Below, in pieces: positions 1-12,845 of a stretch of 64,000 nucleotides of DNA. The notes beneath the pieces were generated by a model. It worked only from the letters and a program-made list of their open reading frames with translations. It did no database searches and was not told the DNA's origin. Made by a program: the position numbers and the translations under genes. Within the stretch, counting starts at the first letter, position 1; the number at the start of each line of letters is the position of its first letter. The DNA lies in contig OZ059894.1 in the NCBI GenBank assembly GCA_964057225.1, positions 17,794,001-17,858,000 on the forward strand. Direction: 5' to 3'. Origin of the DNA: Auanema rhodensis. Lineage: Eukaryota; Animalia; Nematoda.

Positions 1-485
1 AACTATAGATGAAGTGAGGAAGAGTAGTAGATTCATTTTATATGTCCTTTTACTGCAACATAAATAGAAAAACCAACAAAACGAATGAGAGTGAAACACT
101 TTGAATGTGAGAAGTTTTATGCTCGACAAAAATTTTAAAATCTTCAAAATGTATAAAGAAACTTATACTTAGTTATAAGAACAAACATCTGACTAATAGA
201 AAATCTTTAGCATACTGAGGTTTATTGATTGATTGACAAAGACTATTTATGGTGTAAAATAAATATCTCTTCCAAGGGTTCGAGAACAGTTCAAAAAAGG
301 CGCCAGTTGGTTAAATTATTTAAGATATATCTATTCTCAATTCAACAAAATGAAAAATAAAAACAAGGCTTTCACTAAAAGAAAAACTAGTGGTAAGGAA
401 AAAAAAGGTGAATCAACAGTTTGGATATTAAATATTTTGAGAGGCTAATACTATTTTTCATGTATGGAAATTGGCTTTATTTTTT

Positions 486-502
486 GGCAGCGAACGGGTT
501 AA
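486..502 (-). mobile_element. Possible single terminus of a piggyBac-like (TTAA) non-autonomous DNA element
   Basis: The minus strand reads TTAA-CCCGTTCGCTGCC, a TTAA target site followed by a CCC-initiated end. No partner end was seen in the window. Confidence 0.25.
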
Positions 503-2101
503 AGAGAAAACTCAATCATGCTAGTATTACTATGTTAATATTATGAAAAAAATAGTTGATGTTATACTCTATGTAACATCAAACCTTCCAACAAAATAAA
601 TGAAAAATGATATTAAAAGCTATCTTGGTTTTTATATGAAGACGAACGTTCCTCTTTACCTGAAATAGTCAATAAGGTTGTGCAGATGGACATACATCAA
701 TAGAGGGAAGCCGAGTCGAAGAAAACCGCGGGTAAGATGAAGGTTGACCAGAATAGGGATAGAGTATTTAAAGAATATAGTGTGTACACTTTAGAGGGAG
801 AGAGAGAGAAAGAGAGAGAGTTGCGAAACACCTGGTTGTCCTTAGTAGAATAATTGCCTTATACATGGATATTCTTTAAAAATAATGATTGAAAGAATAA
901 TAATTGAGGATGTTTCATAGAGTTCCTGACATACAAGTAAATCTGGGGAAAGTAATTAAAATACTGAACCGGTTTCAAATTCTTTCTTTCTTTTTTTGGA
1001 GGGAAAAATGGGCCATATAAAGATATTTATAAGAATCAATAACATTTATTTGTATTTGAAAACAAAAAGAAAACATTAAAAAAAATAAATATGACTAAGA
1101 ACAGTATTTTTATTGATTATTTTGTTATTGAACATCATTACACTTGATAATGCTTAATGATAGTTCAAGATTGATTTGATACTGGATATAATAGATATAC
1201 TATACTGTAAAGAATATAAACAATCAAAACAAAAAGAAAAACTGGAATAACCATATAATCATTGTGAATATGAATATTTTTAATAATTGACAAAACCGTT
1301 TAATAATTGTATGATTGACGGTTTTTGAGGAGAATATGACTTTGAGTATTTTCCAGTTAAATCGAAATCAATTTTAACGAAAGAAATTGAATATTCTTTT
1401 CGTTTTATGAAACATTTTTTTGAATTTGAAGGTGACAATTTCACATTTTGAATTTTAAATCGCTGGTCATTAAGAAGTTATCAGATATGTCCGGCTTTTC
1501 CAAGGATGTCTGCGAACTGAGAACAAACCGGTTTCATCAGGACTTTGTACTTATTTCTGATTTTTTTTATAAAACTGCTTTACTACAAAGGTTATATGTA
1601 TTGGAAATATATATTTGAAAGAATACAATATATATATGAATATATCTACGTAGATACATAATATATGTATAATCTTTAAAAGTATAATTATCTTTTTTAT
1701 CAAATGCTTTTCTGATTTTTCATGTTTTAATAGAATTGAAGTAATTTATAAAAATAAATGAATATATTATGATACATATAGTATAGTATATATATAACCA
1801 ATCTACTTACTTATATACTGTATAATCAATCAATATCAGAAAAATTTCTTTTTATAATAAAAATATTTATTTAATAAAAAAAAACATAAAAAACATACAA
1901 ATAATACAATACTAAAGAATGATATACATGTATATGTATATTTTAAGCTTAAACATTAAAGATTACAATAATTTATGGAATATAAAAGTATTTGAATCAC
2001 AAATAATTAATGAATATCAAAATATTACAATTGATTTAAGGAAAGATTTGCAAATTTAAAGTTATTATTTCTTTAAATACGGTACTATAAATAGTATTTA
2101 T

Positions 2102-3748
2102 TCAAATTTTTGTACTCAAAGATATCGAAGAAAATGTTAAACGAGTCTAAATCTTTTTTTTTTTCAATTATATAGATAATATATTATTTTTGATTTTTAC
2201 CTTTCGCATTCCTTTTAATAAAATATCATAAACATCTTTTCGTAGAGAAATATTTAATATTAAATAAAGATAACAAGGTAAACCTATTTATTAATTTTAT
2301 ATATAAATATAAATATAAATAAACAAACCAGTTACAAGTACATAAAGTATTTGAGCTGCTAAAAATACTGGAAATGGAAGTTTTGTTATATTTTGTATGA
2401 TAACATAGCAAAATGCTGTACTAAAATAGAATATAGATAGAATTGTTATTTGAAGAATCATCTTAAAAAAATAATAATTAACATATATATATATATATAT
2501 ATATAATTCTATTTACAGCTCTGTTTTGAAAATGACACAATTTATTGGCTTTTTGAAAAGCTTCATGTAGTCGTCGTGCGAATCCTAAGTATAAAATACT
2601 TGTAATACCAACAATACCATAATTATTAATCATTAACATATAGTTAGTGTACTGAAATTATTAGAAAAGTTAAGGTTTTCAGTTAATTTAGGTAAAACTT
2701 CATTATGGCGATCTGGATAAATCATTGGATCGCTTGAGCCAGCACCGTAAAATGAGGATGGTATTGGTGGTGGAAAAAACATACATCCTATTGTACCATA
2801 TAAACAACAACAAAATATTAAAAAATATATTTTCGATGTAGAAAATATATTTTTCAAGAATATTATACTAAAATTAATTATAAAATTAATATATACATAC
2901 AGTCATGGGCGATGACAATCGGACACCCCTATCTTAGAGGTTCCAGAACACACTATTCAAATTACAAAAAAAAGGTTTTGTAGTTTATGTGAAAAGATAA
3001 AAAGGCTTCCAGTGGGTGTCCGAGGTTTTGTTAGAAAGAATTATATAAAACATACTCTGATAATTCAACAATTCGTTGTATAACTAATAATAAGCATACG
3101 GTTGATGAAGTTATATAACTAGCTGAAATTTATTCATTCATATTTAAATTTAAATTTAAGGATATTCACTATACTTGATTAGTTATTATAGAAACATTTT
3201 TCTTACATTATGCAAAATCTATATAAATATTAATTGTAAACAACTTACTAAATCCACCTGCTCCAGTTAAATAGAAAATATTAGGAAAATCACAGAATGT
3301 AACTCCTGTTACAAAAATAGTTCCTAAAGTTTATATATAATGTATGTATATATCTGTATATATATATATATAAATCAGTTACCATAAATTATAGATCCAA
3401 ATATTATAGAACCTGTATCAAAAAAAGTTAAAAAAGCCATTAGTTTATAACATGATTGCATCCAATGTTTTGGTAAAAGCATAGCTCTTATACATAAAAT
3501 ATTTAAAATCTACATATACATTAATATAAATTAAAAATTGAAAAAAAAATTACAAGAGATACAAATCCAAATATAATTGAAAACCATCCCCATATAGGTC
3601 TTCGATATCGTGGATTCACCAGTTGTTGCTCAGGTGTTAAAGCACTAAAATGATTGAAAATTGTTCGAATTAATCAAAAATAAAAGAATAACCTGCAGTT
3701 ATATAGTTCATGATCAGTAATAGTAAAAGTTGAAATATATTTATTCAT
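2102..3748 (-). CDS. Serpentine chemoreceptor, class T (Srt family 7TM GPCR), about 10 exons, apparently intact
   Basis: Spliced translation: MNKYISTFTITDHELYNCSALTPEQ...RRPIWGWFSIIFG...KHWMQSCYKLMAFL...GVTFCDFPNIFYLTG...QRIVEL...DPMIY...NNYGIVG...ILQIT...LYLILNISLRKDV. The LYNCS, SCYK.M, FC.(Y/F)P and YL.LN..(I/L)R motifs are Srt hallmarks. GT-AG introns keep the frame. Confidence 0.9.
2898..3030. mobile_element. Degenerate Tc1/mariner-type MITE remnant in an srt intron
   Basis: Starts TA-CAGTCATGGGC. Inverted repeat TCGGACACCC (2919-2928) / GGGTGTCCGA (3014-3023). It is a GC-richer island in an AT-rich intron, and the right end is truncated. Confidence 0.45.
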
Positions 3749-4592
3749 TATCTATAAAAATAATTTTAAAAATTACTGGAATAGCAATGAAAATAGAGAT
3801 AAGTTATCTGTATTATTGAAGAAATAATATGTAGTAGTTTAAGTAAAGAGGAGGGATTTAATGTTTATGAAAGTAATCGTTGATATTCTATCTTTTGTAC
3901 TTTTATTGTAAAATCAGTAGATATATATAAAATATAATTATATATTTAATTATATAGATAATAATTATATTAAATAATTATAAAAAAAATGATATAAATG
4001 TATTTATTTGTAAAATAAATAAGATATTATACTGAAAATGTTTTTGGCATAGCTTTTGGTTATAAGGAACGAATGATAAATGTTGTAATTATGTTGAAAA
4101 TGAATGAAAAAGAAAGAAAAAAGTTGGAAAAAGTTGGAAAAAGAAAAAAGAAAAGTTGATGTTCTAATTATGAATTTTATATATAAAAAGATAAATTATA
4201 TCGTTATAGATATAGATAATTGAATCATAAGAGTTTCCTATCTTTCTTCTCATTTTGTATATTGTATGTGTGCATTTGAAAGTGGAATGTTTAACCGGGG
4301 CACTCATCGCTTCTTAGTTCACCTCTCTGTATCTGTATTTCTTCTGTTGTACACCAATCAACTTTCTCATACACCACAATATCTCATCAGTTTCTCTCTA
4401 TCCTTCCTCTTTGCATTAACTCCTTCGTATGTTTCAGATATACCGTCTGTAACCTCCTCCCTTTCGTATTTTCTATCACGACGTTCTCCCAAGTATGTTC
4501 AGCATTTTCTAGTTTATTCTAAGCTTCTGTCTGAAACGTATCTAGCATATTCTATATAAGCTAATTGTTATATTTATATTTTAATATTTGAA

Positions 4593-7500
4593 ATGGCAGA
4601 AGATAACTATGTAAGTTTATTGGTTTAATGAACTCTTACCTACCCACATGTTCTCAATTCTATAAAACTATTCTATAATTCTAGTTAATTTATGAAAATC
4701 TACGCATATTCCGAGAGATTTCTAAAAATAGGAGTTTCATGTTGCAACATAAACAATGAAATCATTTGAAAGTACAAAAATCGTATGTTAATATGAATAT
4801 ACATATGATGAATGTACAATCTGAATCAAAAATGTGTTTGATGTGTAATGACGATATATGATAATTAATATATAAATAATTATATTTTAACTTAAATTAA
4901 AGGAAAGATCTTCATAATCTTCAAAAACTATCTAGTTTCAACTAATTGTGTTTTGTGTTTCTCTTACACTTTTTGTCAAAAACTTTGCTGATTGGACGAA
5001 AACTTCTTGAGCTGTCCGACGAAGGGATGCGACCGTCTGAAGAGTGTCAATAGCCACTGACGTTGCATCATTATAAGAAGATTCTTTTTTTCTTTCTTTG
5101 GATTAAGTAAACTTTCGTTTAATTGAAAAAAAAAACATAGTATGAGATTGAATGAATGTGTGAAGGAAGGATGGAGCAGCTGAATTGAAGTTAAATTTGG
5201 TTTATTCAGGCCCTTGTAGTAGATCCACCAGATGATGCCTTATCTATAGGAGATTATGATATTGAAACTGGACTACGTTCATCTACGAGACGTTTGATTC
5301 ATAACTTTGAAGAAGAACCTCAAAGATCTACCGCAGCAGCTTCAATAAAGAAAAGTATTCGAAGTTCTATTCGAAAAACGTAGGGTCATAGGTTATTTCT
5401 AACCCATTTTCAACGATGATTTTCACAATCTATTTCATATTTTAGAAAATATTATTGTGATCCATTAGTAAAGGCAATCAAGTATGTATTGAATAAATCA
5501 AAATTACTTATAGTTATAACTATTTATTCTGTTTTTGGGGCTTGGTTGTTTACAACATTAGAGGTATTTCAATGATATATTTCATTTTCTTTTAAATTCT
5601 TTTTAGGTTCCACATGATTTAGCTATGAAAGAAGAACAATATCATGCTAGATTAATAGCAAGAGAAGTTATGATTCTTAAGTAAATTAAATATTTTTCAA
5701 TATATTTCAACCTATTCTCAATATTTTCAGTCTTAGAGCTATTTTTTATTCTCAAAAAGAAGATCGTGAAGAAAGATGGAAAGATGCTATAAAGCAATTT
5801 GAGAAAGATTTAAGCTTAGATGAACCAAGTCTAGATACTGATTGGACGTTTTGGATGGCATTTCTGTATGCTGGAACTATTTACACGACAATTGGTTAGA
5901 TTATTCTTAAACTTATAGTAAAACTTGATATCTTTATTAAGGTTATGGTAACATTGCATGTAAAACTAAAGCAGGTCAAATAGCAACATTACTTTATGCT
6001 TTTATTGGAATACCAATTATGATTATTATTCTTAATGACTTAGGAGATTTTTTATTACATATATTGGAATGGTTAGCAAATACAACAAGTGATGGTTTAC
6101 TCTTTTTAGGTTTTTTTAAATTTTTCAATAAATAATTTTATTCAAATAAAATATAATTTAGGAGTTAGATGGGGAATGCTTACATTAGAAGAAAATTCTA
6201 AAAGAAGAAAACGTTTCTTAGCTTTTCGAGCTAAATTAGTTAAGAAAGGAATTATAAGTTCATCATCATCATTTTCAATTGAAACTGTATATTATATTAT
6301 TTATTATAATTATTATAATTATTTTTTATTTAAAGAGATCTATAACAGATTTTCAAGCAGGAAATAAACAAAATGATGAAGTGAAACCAGATCCACCAGT
6401 GTTTTCAGCTGTTTTTGGTAATTATTTTGTAATTTATTAATTAAAGTTTGAACTCAATTTTGTATTTATTTTTTCAGAAAGTAAAAGAAAAAAAGTTAAA
6501 ATACAGTAATTCATATTAAAATATTCAATAATTATTTTAATTTTTAGCAACTTTTGGTTGGATTTTCTTAGCTGCTCGTGTATTTTGTATTTGGGAAGAA
6601 TGGTCGTACTTTACTAGTATTTATTTCATTTTCATATCTTGTAGTACAATAGGTATAACATTCATTATAATTATTGATATTTATTGATTCATCATCAGGC
6701 TTGGGTGATGTTGTACCTGCACATCCAGAATACATGATTCTAGCATTTGGTGTTGTAATGGTTGGATTGTCATTGGTTACAGTATGTATCAATGTTGTTC
6801 AAGCTAAAATTGAACTCATGTATATGGAGTTGCTGCAAAAAATTTTAAAAGTAATCAAACTACTCTTCAATTTGACTAGTCTTTACAACCTTAGGATTAC
6901 ATCGCTGCAATGGAAAATGGAGATGCTAATGCTGCACAGGATATGATGGCAGGCTTCTCAGGAGCTGCCAAGTTTTTACTTCCGTTCATCAGCAAAAACC
7001 AAGGAGCTAAGGTGATGACACAGTTCAGAGAAGATTGTGTAGCTCAGGTAAAATTTTTTTTTGAGTTTTTCGACAACTATTTTCCTTTTTCTTAAGGGTA
7101 TTGAACCTCCAGCTGTATTAGTTGATATCAATCCAAATACCGGTAAACCAGCATTTGCTAGTGCTCCAAAAGAAGATTATAAAGATTATATTGAACATGT
7201 AACTATATTGTCTATATTATATATAAATTAATATATATAATTTAGGCTGATGAAAGAAGACAAGAGGAAAGAAAGGTTGAAGAATCAAGGTTATTATCAA
7301 GAGTTCCTCAATCAGAAGAACCACGCCGTCATATTACAACTCAAAGTTTAGGAATTCAAGTGAATCAATTGATAATCTTTATTTGAATAATATTTTCTTA
7401 TTCAGGCAATGATGGATTCATCACCGTTACAAGAAGTAAAGAAAGTTTCCTTGGATTTTGGACTTCAAGTTACTCCAGAATATTCTGATGAGGAATGTCA

Positions 7501-9263
7501 AACATCTGATTGTGAAAGTGTAGATGAAGGAATACAAGTATATTCATATATTATATTAATAATAAATAAAATAATTTAAGACATGGCCATCAATGGAATC
7601 TATTTCTGTACAATACGATGCAATTGAAACGATTGTAATCACTTATCTAAACTATTTATATCTTATTCATTACAATTTTTATTTTAGGATTCTGTTGCTC
7701 AATATGATATCATAGAAGAGAAACCTATTCTGTGTGATACAGCAGTTCAACCAGATGTTTCAAGCATATATCTATTTGATGAAGACTATGGATCAGATGA
7801 ATCATCAGATGATTCTCATACTGATTTCGAAGACACTGATATTGAACCACATTCCGATCATTTAACTGTAGCTGTAAGATTGTTTTAGATTATAACTTCA
7901 ACATATATCTTACTATAGGTACCGACATTCCATTCTCTTCGAAAATCAATCTCTATAGATTCTCAAGAGACTGTTATTCATGTAAGCCCTACTGGATCAC
8001 CTACGACATCGAGGAAAAAAGCTTTACAAAAACGATTATTATTAAGAAATGAAAGAAGAAAGAAACGTGAATTACGATTAGAGCATTCAAAACAAAATCT
8101 AAGATACATGAGATGTTCAGCTGTTCAAGTAAGTTGCTTGTGTGTATATTATCAAAGCTTTCTTAATAAACGGTTTTAGACCGAGATACAAACAGAAGAT
8201 TCAAACGTACAAGTGGAATATTCCACACAATCTACTGAAAGCCAGTATGACTTGATTACTAGTTGTGAGGTATTTACACAACACTTCACTGAAACAAGAG
8301 GACGGCGATGCCAAACAAAGCTAACATGGTGAATCATTTCAATGATAATTATTACCTTCATGAGGATGTACTTTCAGTCTTAGTGCATCGAATAGAACAT
8401 CCGAAAGTCATCCAAGACGTGTAAGTGCTCGACGACGCCAAGGAATTCGAAACAGTCAACAGAGATCAATTACTTCATCAACAGATGCCGTGGAATCAGT
8501 TTCATCTATGGAAGGTTTGAATCAGCAGTCATCATACTCAATCAATATTTCATTTAGATCGTTTATTCCGATCTGTATCTACAGACATCTCGAATAGAAA
8601 TTCATCAGAATCTCAATCACCTCTGTATCAAGCAATTCCTGAAGAGCATGCATATCAACATAGTTCACATCAGATGAGTCCTGATGATTACATGAATTGG
8701 GAAAACTCACAGCAGGCTGTTGTTCCATATAGTCCAGGAATTCATTTAACACAAGCAGCAGCAGGAAATATTCAAAGTCCTACTACAATGAATACTGAAA
8801 CCGGAGAAGTAGCTGAGGTTTCATTAATTTAAAATATAATTTATGAAACAAAAATATTTTTATAATTCAGATTAGTTTGAATATATCACTTGTTAGTAGA
8901 GCAGTTGATGAAAATGGTCGTTATATAGATGATTTCGATCTTGAATATGATGATGATGATGTGTTTGAATCTGACGATGATATAGCTCATGTATTTTAAT
9001 TTCAAAAATCTTTTTTTTTTAAATACAAATGTTCTATTTATAGGAAGATCTAGAAGAATTTACTGTATCCATGTCAACTCAAACAGAGTTAACACATGAA
9101 GAAATGTATAATTCAGAATTAGAAGTATTACGAAAATCATTGGAAATTGAAATAAGAGAACAGATAGAAGAACAATTAGCTGAAGAAGCTTTAAATAGTC
9201 AAGCTGATAGAATTGAATGTTCAATTCAAACTAATAGTTCATCATTTTACGCTATACAATATG

Positions 9264-9310
<47 letters not shown>

Positions 9311-12122
9311 TTATATTAAATATTTAGGCCGGATTGCCAACTATATTGGAAAGATCAATTGAAGATAATTCATCATTGTGCTCAACTCCTGATCCAACCA
9401 ATTATCATTTCTTAGCTGATAGTATATGTCAAACAAATGCTATTGATATTTCAACAAATACATGTCAGGTAATATAATATAATATAATTATATTATATTA
9501 ATTATAAATTAAAGACTGAATCTGTTTTCATTCTCGATTCTTGTCCAACTTTTGGTGATCGAGATATTCAAACTTCCTTTGATGCCGTAGATGCTGAAAT
9601 TCAAACGAATCGAGACGAAACAATCGATGATGAAACTCAAACACTTCGAGAAGAAGCTGATAATGAAACTCAGACAATCGATACAACTATGTCCGAATGT
9701 TATTGTCAAACTGATGAGGATTTGAATGTTGTTGAAACATTCAATGTTGATGTACAAACCTTTATTTCATCTTCTGATATACCAACACAAACTATTATAA
9801 CTTCATTAAATGAACAAATGGATAATGGAACTCAAGCAAATATGCTTGATTTCTCATCAAATGCTCAAATACAGACATTACTAACATATTCTGGAAATGC
9901 AACAGATATTGAGATTCAAACTGTTATATCAAATGTTTTAGGTTTTGTGACTAGAATTAGACCTTATTTTCAAAAAATATAATTGCAGATAATTCGAAAA
10001 ATATTGAAACTCAAACTTCTACTCCAGGGATTAAAGCAACATCCTCTCAAACTCCTCGTATAACACCCTTAGATAGACAAATTCAAACGGAACATCCAAG
10101 AAGAGATCAAAAACGATGTCAAACTGACGTGGTATCTTCTAATTTTTTTCATAAAAATGAGATTACAATGTTGAAATTTCAGTTTCCTCCGATTGTTGAT
10201 TGTAGAAGTTTTGCTGTTGATGCTACACCATCAGTACAAGATTCAGAAAGTCAGCCAGAAGTCAGCATGTTGACTATTTCAGAAGAAGTACAGTTGATTA
10301 TTCGAAATTCTTCTAATATTACGAATTACAGGATATTCCATGTTCACAGTTGCCACCTGATATGAGATTCAACATTGAAAGAGGAACATGCATGGAAGAA
10401 AAGCGTTTGAAATCAGTTGAATCACAAGTGTGAACATTATTGATTAAATTTTATAAAAATTGCTATTAAGAGTCCTATATTGGAAACAGAAGTTGTTGGA
10501 ATTCAAGTAATGCCTAGTCTAACTACATCTCATACTCAGTATACATATGTATCTTTGAGTGATGATTTTACTCAAACTGATATTTATATGAAATCAAAAA
10601 GTACACAGGTACCTTTCAAAGTTTTAAATTTATTTTAAAAATATTCTTAAAAACTTACAAGATAAGATATATGTATCAAAGAAAACTATTCAAATTTTGA
10701 ACCATAGGGCATATTGGCTGTTTGTGAAATGTCAGATCACGAAGCTCAAACGATGATTGAACAGCAAGACAGATATCTTGATTGTGATGATTTGAACGAT
10801 TCCGTTGGAAATATCACGAGTTCAACAGTTAATCTATGGAGTGATTTCGATAGAATAGCTGAAGGTTTACTTTGTCAAACAGATAAGGTTAATGCTGAAA
10901 GTCAAACGTATCTGGATAAAGAACAGATCGAAAAGCTTATCACCTTGCAAGTCTTGGCATCCAAGGAGATTGAAGACAGAACGGTATCAGATCTGACATA
11001 TGCAGAAAAGGATGATTCGGCTTGCAAAAGCACTCCTACAGCTTTGAAAGAAAGAAAAAAGAAACCCTCCTCTGTAACATGTGATGCCACATTAAAGGAA
11101 GTCGATGAAGCTGAGGGAGAGAAGGCAAAAACATTGCCACTTCGCAAAAAGAAGAAGAAAATAGTAAATGTTAAAAAGGAAGAAGCAGAAGTTCAAGCTG
11201 TCGTAGATACACGAACACTTGGAGTAGGTCAAGAAGGACGGGATAATTGGAGAGAGGTAGTCTATATTCCATACATGCATAGCACAGAATGAGCACAATC
11301 AGCAACTGTTAAGCACTTGCACTATATGGATGTTTCATGTACAACCACCACCACGTACATTACTTTTAGAAATTTCACCACAGAGCATGACTTCTACATC
11401 TTTTCTTTTTCTTTGGCTTGTATGGGTTAATCTATAATCCAATTATCTTTACATTTCTTATGCACAACAACTATTTCAATTTGTCATTTCATATCTTAAA
11501 TCTTGATTTAGGTTTATTTGGCTGAATTAGATCAAGAACGTCGTCAACGTATGCTTGATATTGGCATTCAAACAGGTGTTTTGGCACGGGTTCAGCATAT
11601 GTACGGAAGGCGTGATCATGGAAGTACAGAATCTGAAGTGGGAAGCAATAGACTGTTAGTAACTGATATTCGTTGTTCAGGTCTCAACAAGTGATAATCC
11701 TCGGGTGAATCTCAGAAAAACTGAATCTTCAGAGTATTTACGGTAGCTAAACAACACCATTATCGTATTATTTTGTGAATTTCAGTAGCCAAGAATCATT
11801 AGCACGCACCAATTCCGTGATGTCTATAGCGGAATCTTTTGGTGGAGATGAAAGCTCTCCAGGACCTTCTAAGCCAACATCAAGGTACATACAATATACA
11901 CATATGAATATCATAATTCAAACTAAACCTATAGATCATCATCATTCAAACGAACAAAAAGAACCCGTGATCTTCATCAAGATGCTCGAGAGCAAACTGT
12001 AGATATGAGGGATACGATCAAGATATTGAAATAATTATTTTCAGGTTGCTGATTTAAGGTCAAGATTTGAAGAATCAGATAGAAGGCCCCGACGAAACCG
12101 TTCATCTTCAAATGAAAGATGA
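4593..12122 (+). CDS. TWK-family two-pore-domain (K2P) potassium channel with a very long acidic S/T/Q-rich C-terminal tail (>30 exons)
   Basis: P1 WTFWMAFLYAGTIYTTIG|YGNIACKT and P2 WSYFTSIYFIFISCSTI|GLGDVVP, with 4 TM segments. In-frame exons continue to ...VADLRSRFEESDRRPRRNRSSSNER* (stop 12120-12122). The first mini-exon MAEDNY at 4593 is inferred. Confidence 0.88.
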
Positions 12123-12431
12123 GTTATTTCTACGACGAATAGAATACAATTTTCACGAATTTTTTATAAGAAAAATTAATAAAAAAAGGAAAAACGCTTT
12201 CAATTACTTCATATGTAAACGTATTTCCTGTGGAAATAAATCTGTTTGATTTAAATTAAACAGAGATTAAATAAAGAATTATTATTATTATTATATAAAT
12301 AAAATTATAATTATATTTACATGAGCAGAAAAAAAAATTAATAATAATATAAAATATAATAAATAGCTATATATAGATAATAGCTAAGAATAATAAAAAA
12401 TAAAAAATAATAATTTTGATTTAAACTTATT

Positions 12432-12810
12432 TCATTCGGATATGACAACGCTGTTATCATTGATATCCTTTTCTTTATCTCTGAATGATGATTGTTTTCG
12501 AATTGATGAACGGAATCCTCGTTTAGAACGACGTAAAGATCTATAAATAAAATATAAATTATATTATAATAATTAATAAATTTAATTAAAAGAAAAGAAA
12601 AGAAAAATTAAATTATTATTCTTTTTTTAAAATTAAGATCATGCTGTAATATTAGGTAAAATAATAGAAGAAAGGATAGGGGAAAATAGAAGAAAATGTT
12701 ATATGATTGGACCTTCTGGTAAATGGGATATAAGTTCCTTCATTATCCGAATCTTTTTCTTTTTCTACAACTGGTTGGTCTGTCATTGTTCTGTTGATTA
12801 AATATATATA

Positions 12811-12845
<35 letters not shown>

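Noticed and set aside
585-700. Possible minus-strand exon VKRNVRLHIKTKIAFNIIFHLFCWK near the window start
   Set aside because: Splice-like signals exist, but there is no start codon, homology or continuation. At most it is a UTR exon of a gene outside the window.
4306-4345. ATCGCTTCTT...GTATCTGT resembling the 5' end of U2 snRNA
   Set aside because: Only the first 10 nt match. The branch-point helix context, stem-loops and Sm site are absent.
10902-11298. Minus-strand ORFs overlapping TWK exons (also 17981-18244 and 58316-58761)
   Set aside because: They are antisense shadows of well-supported coding exons.
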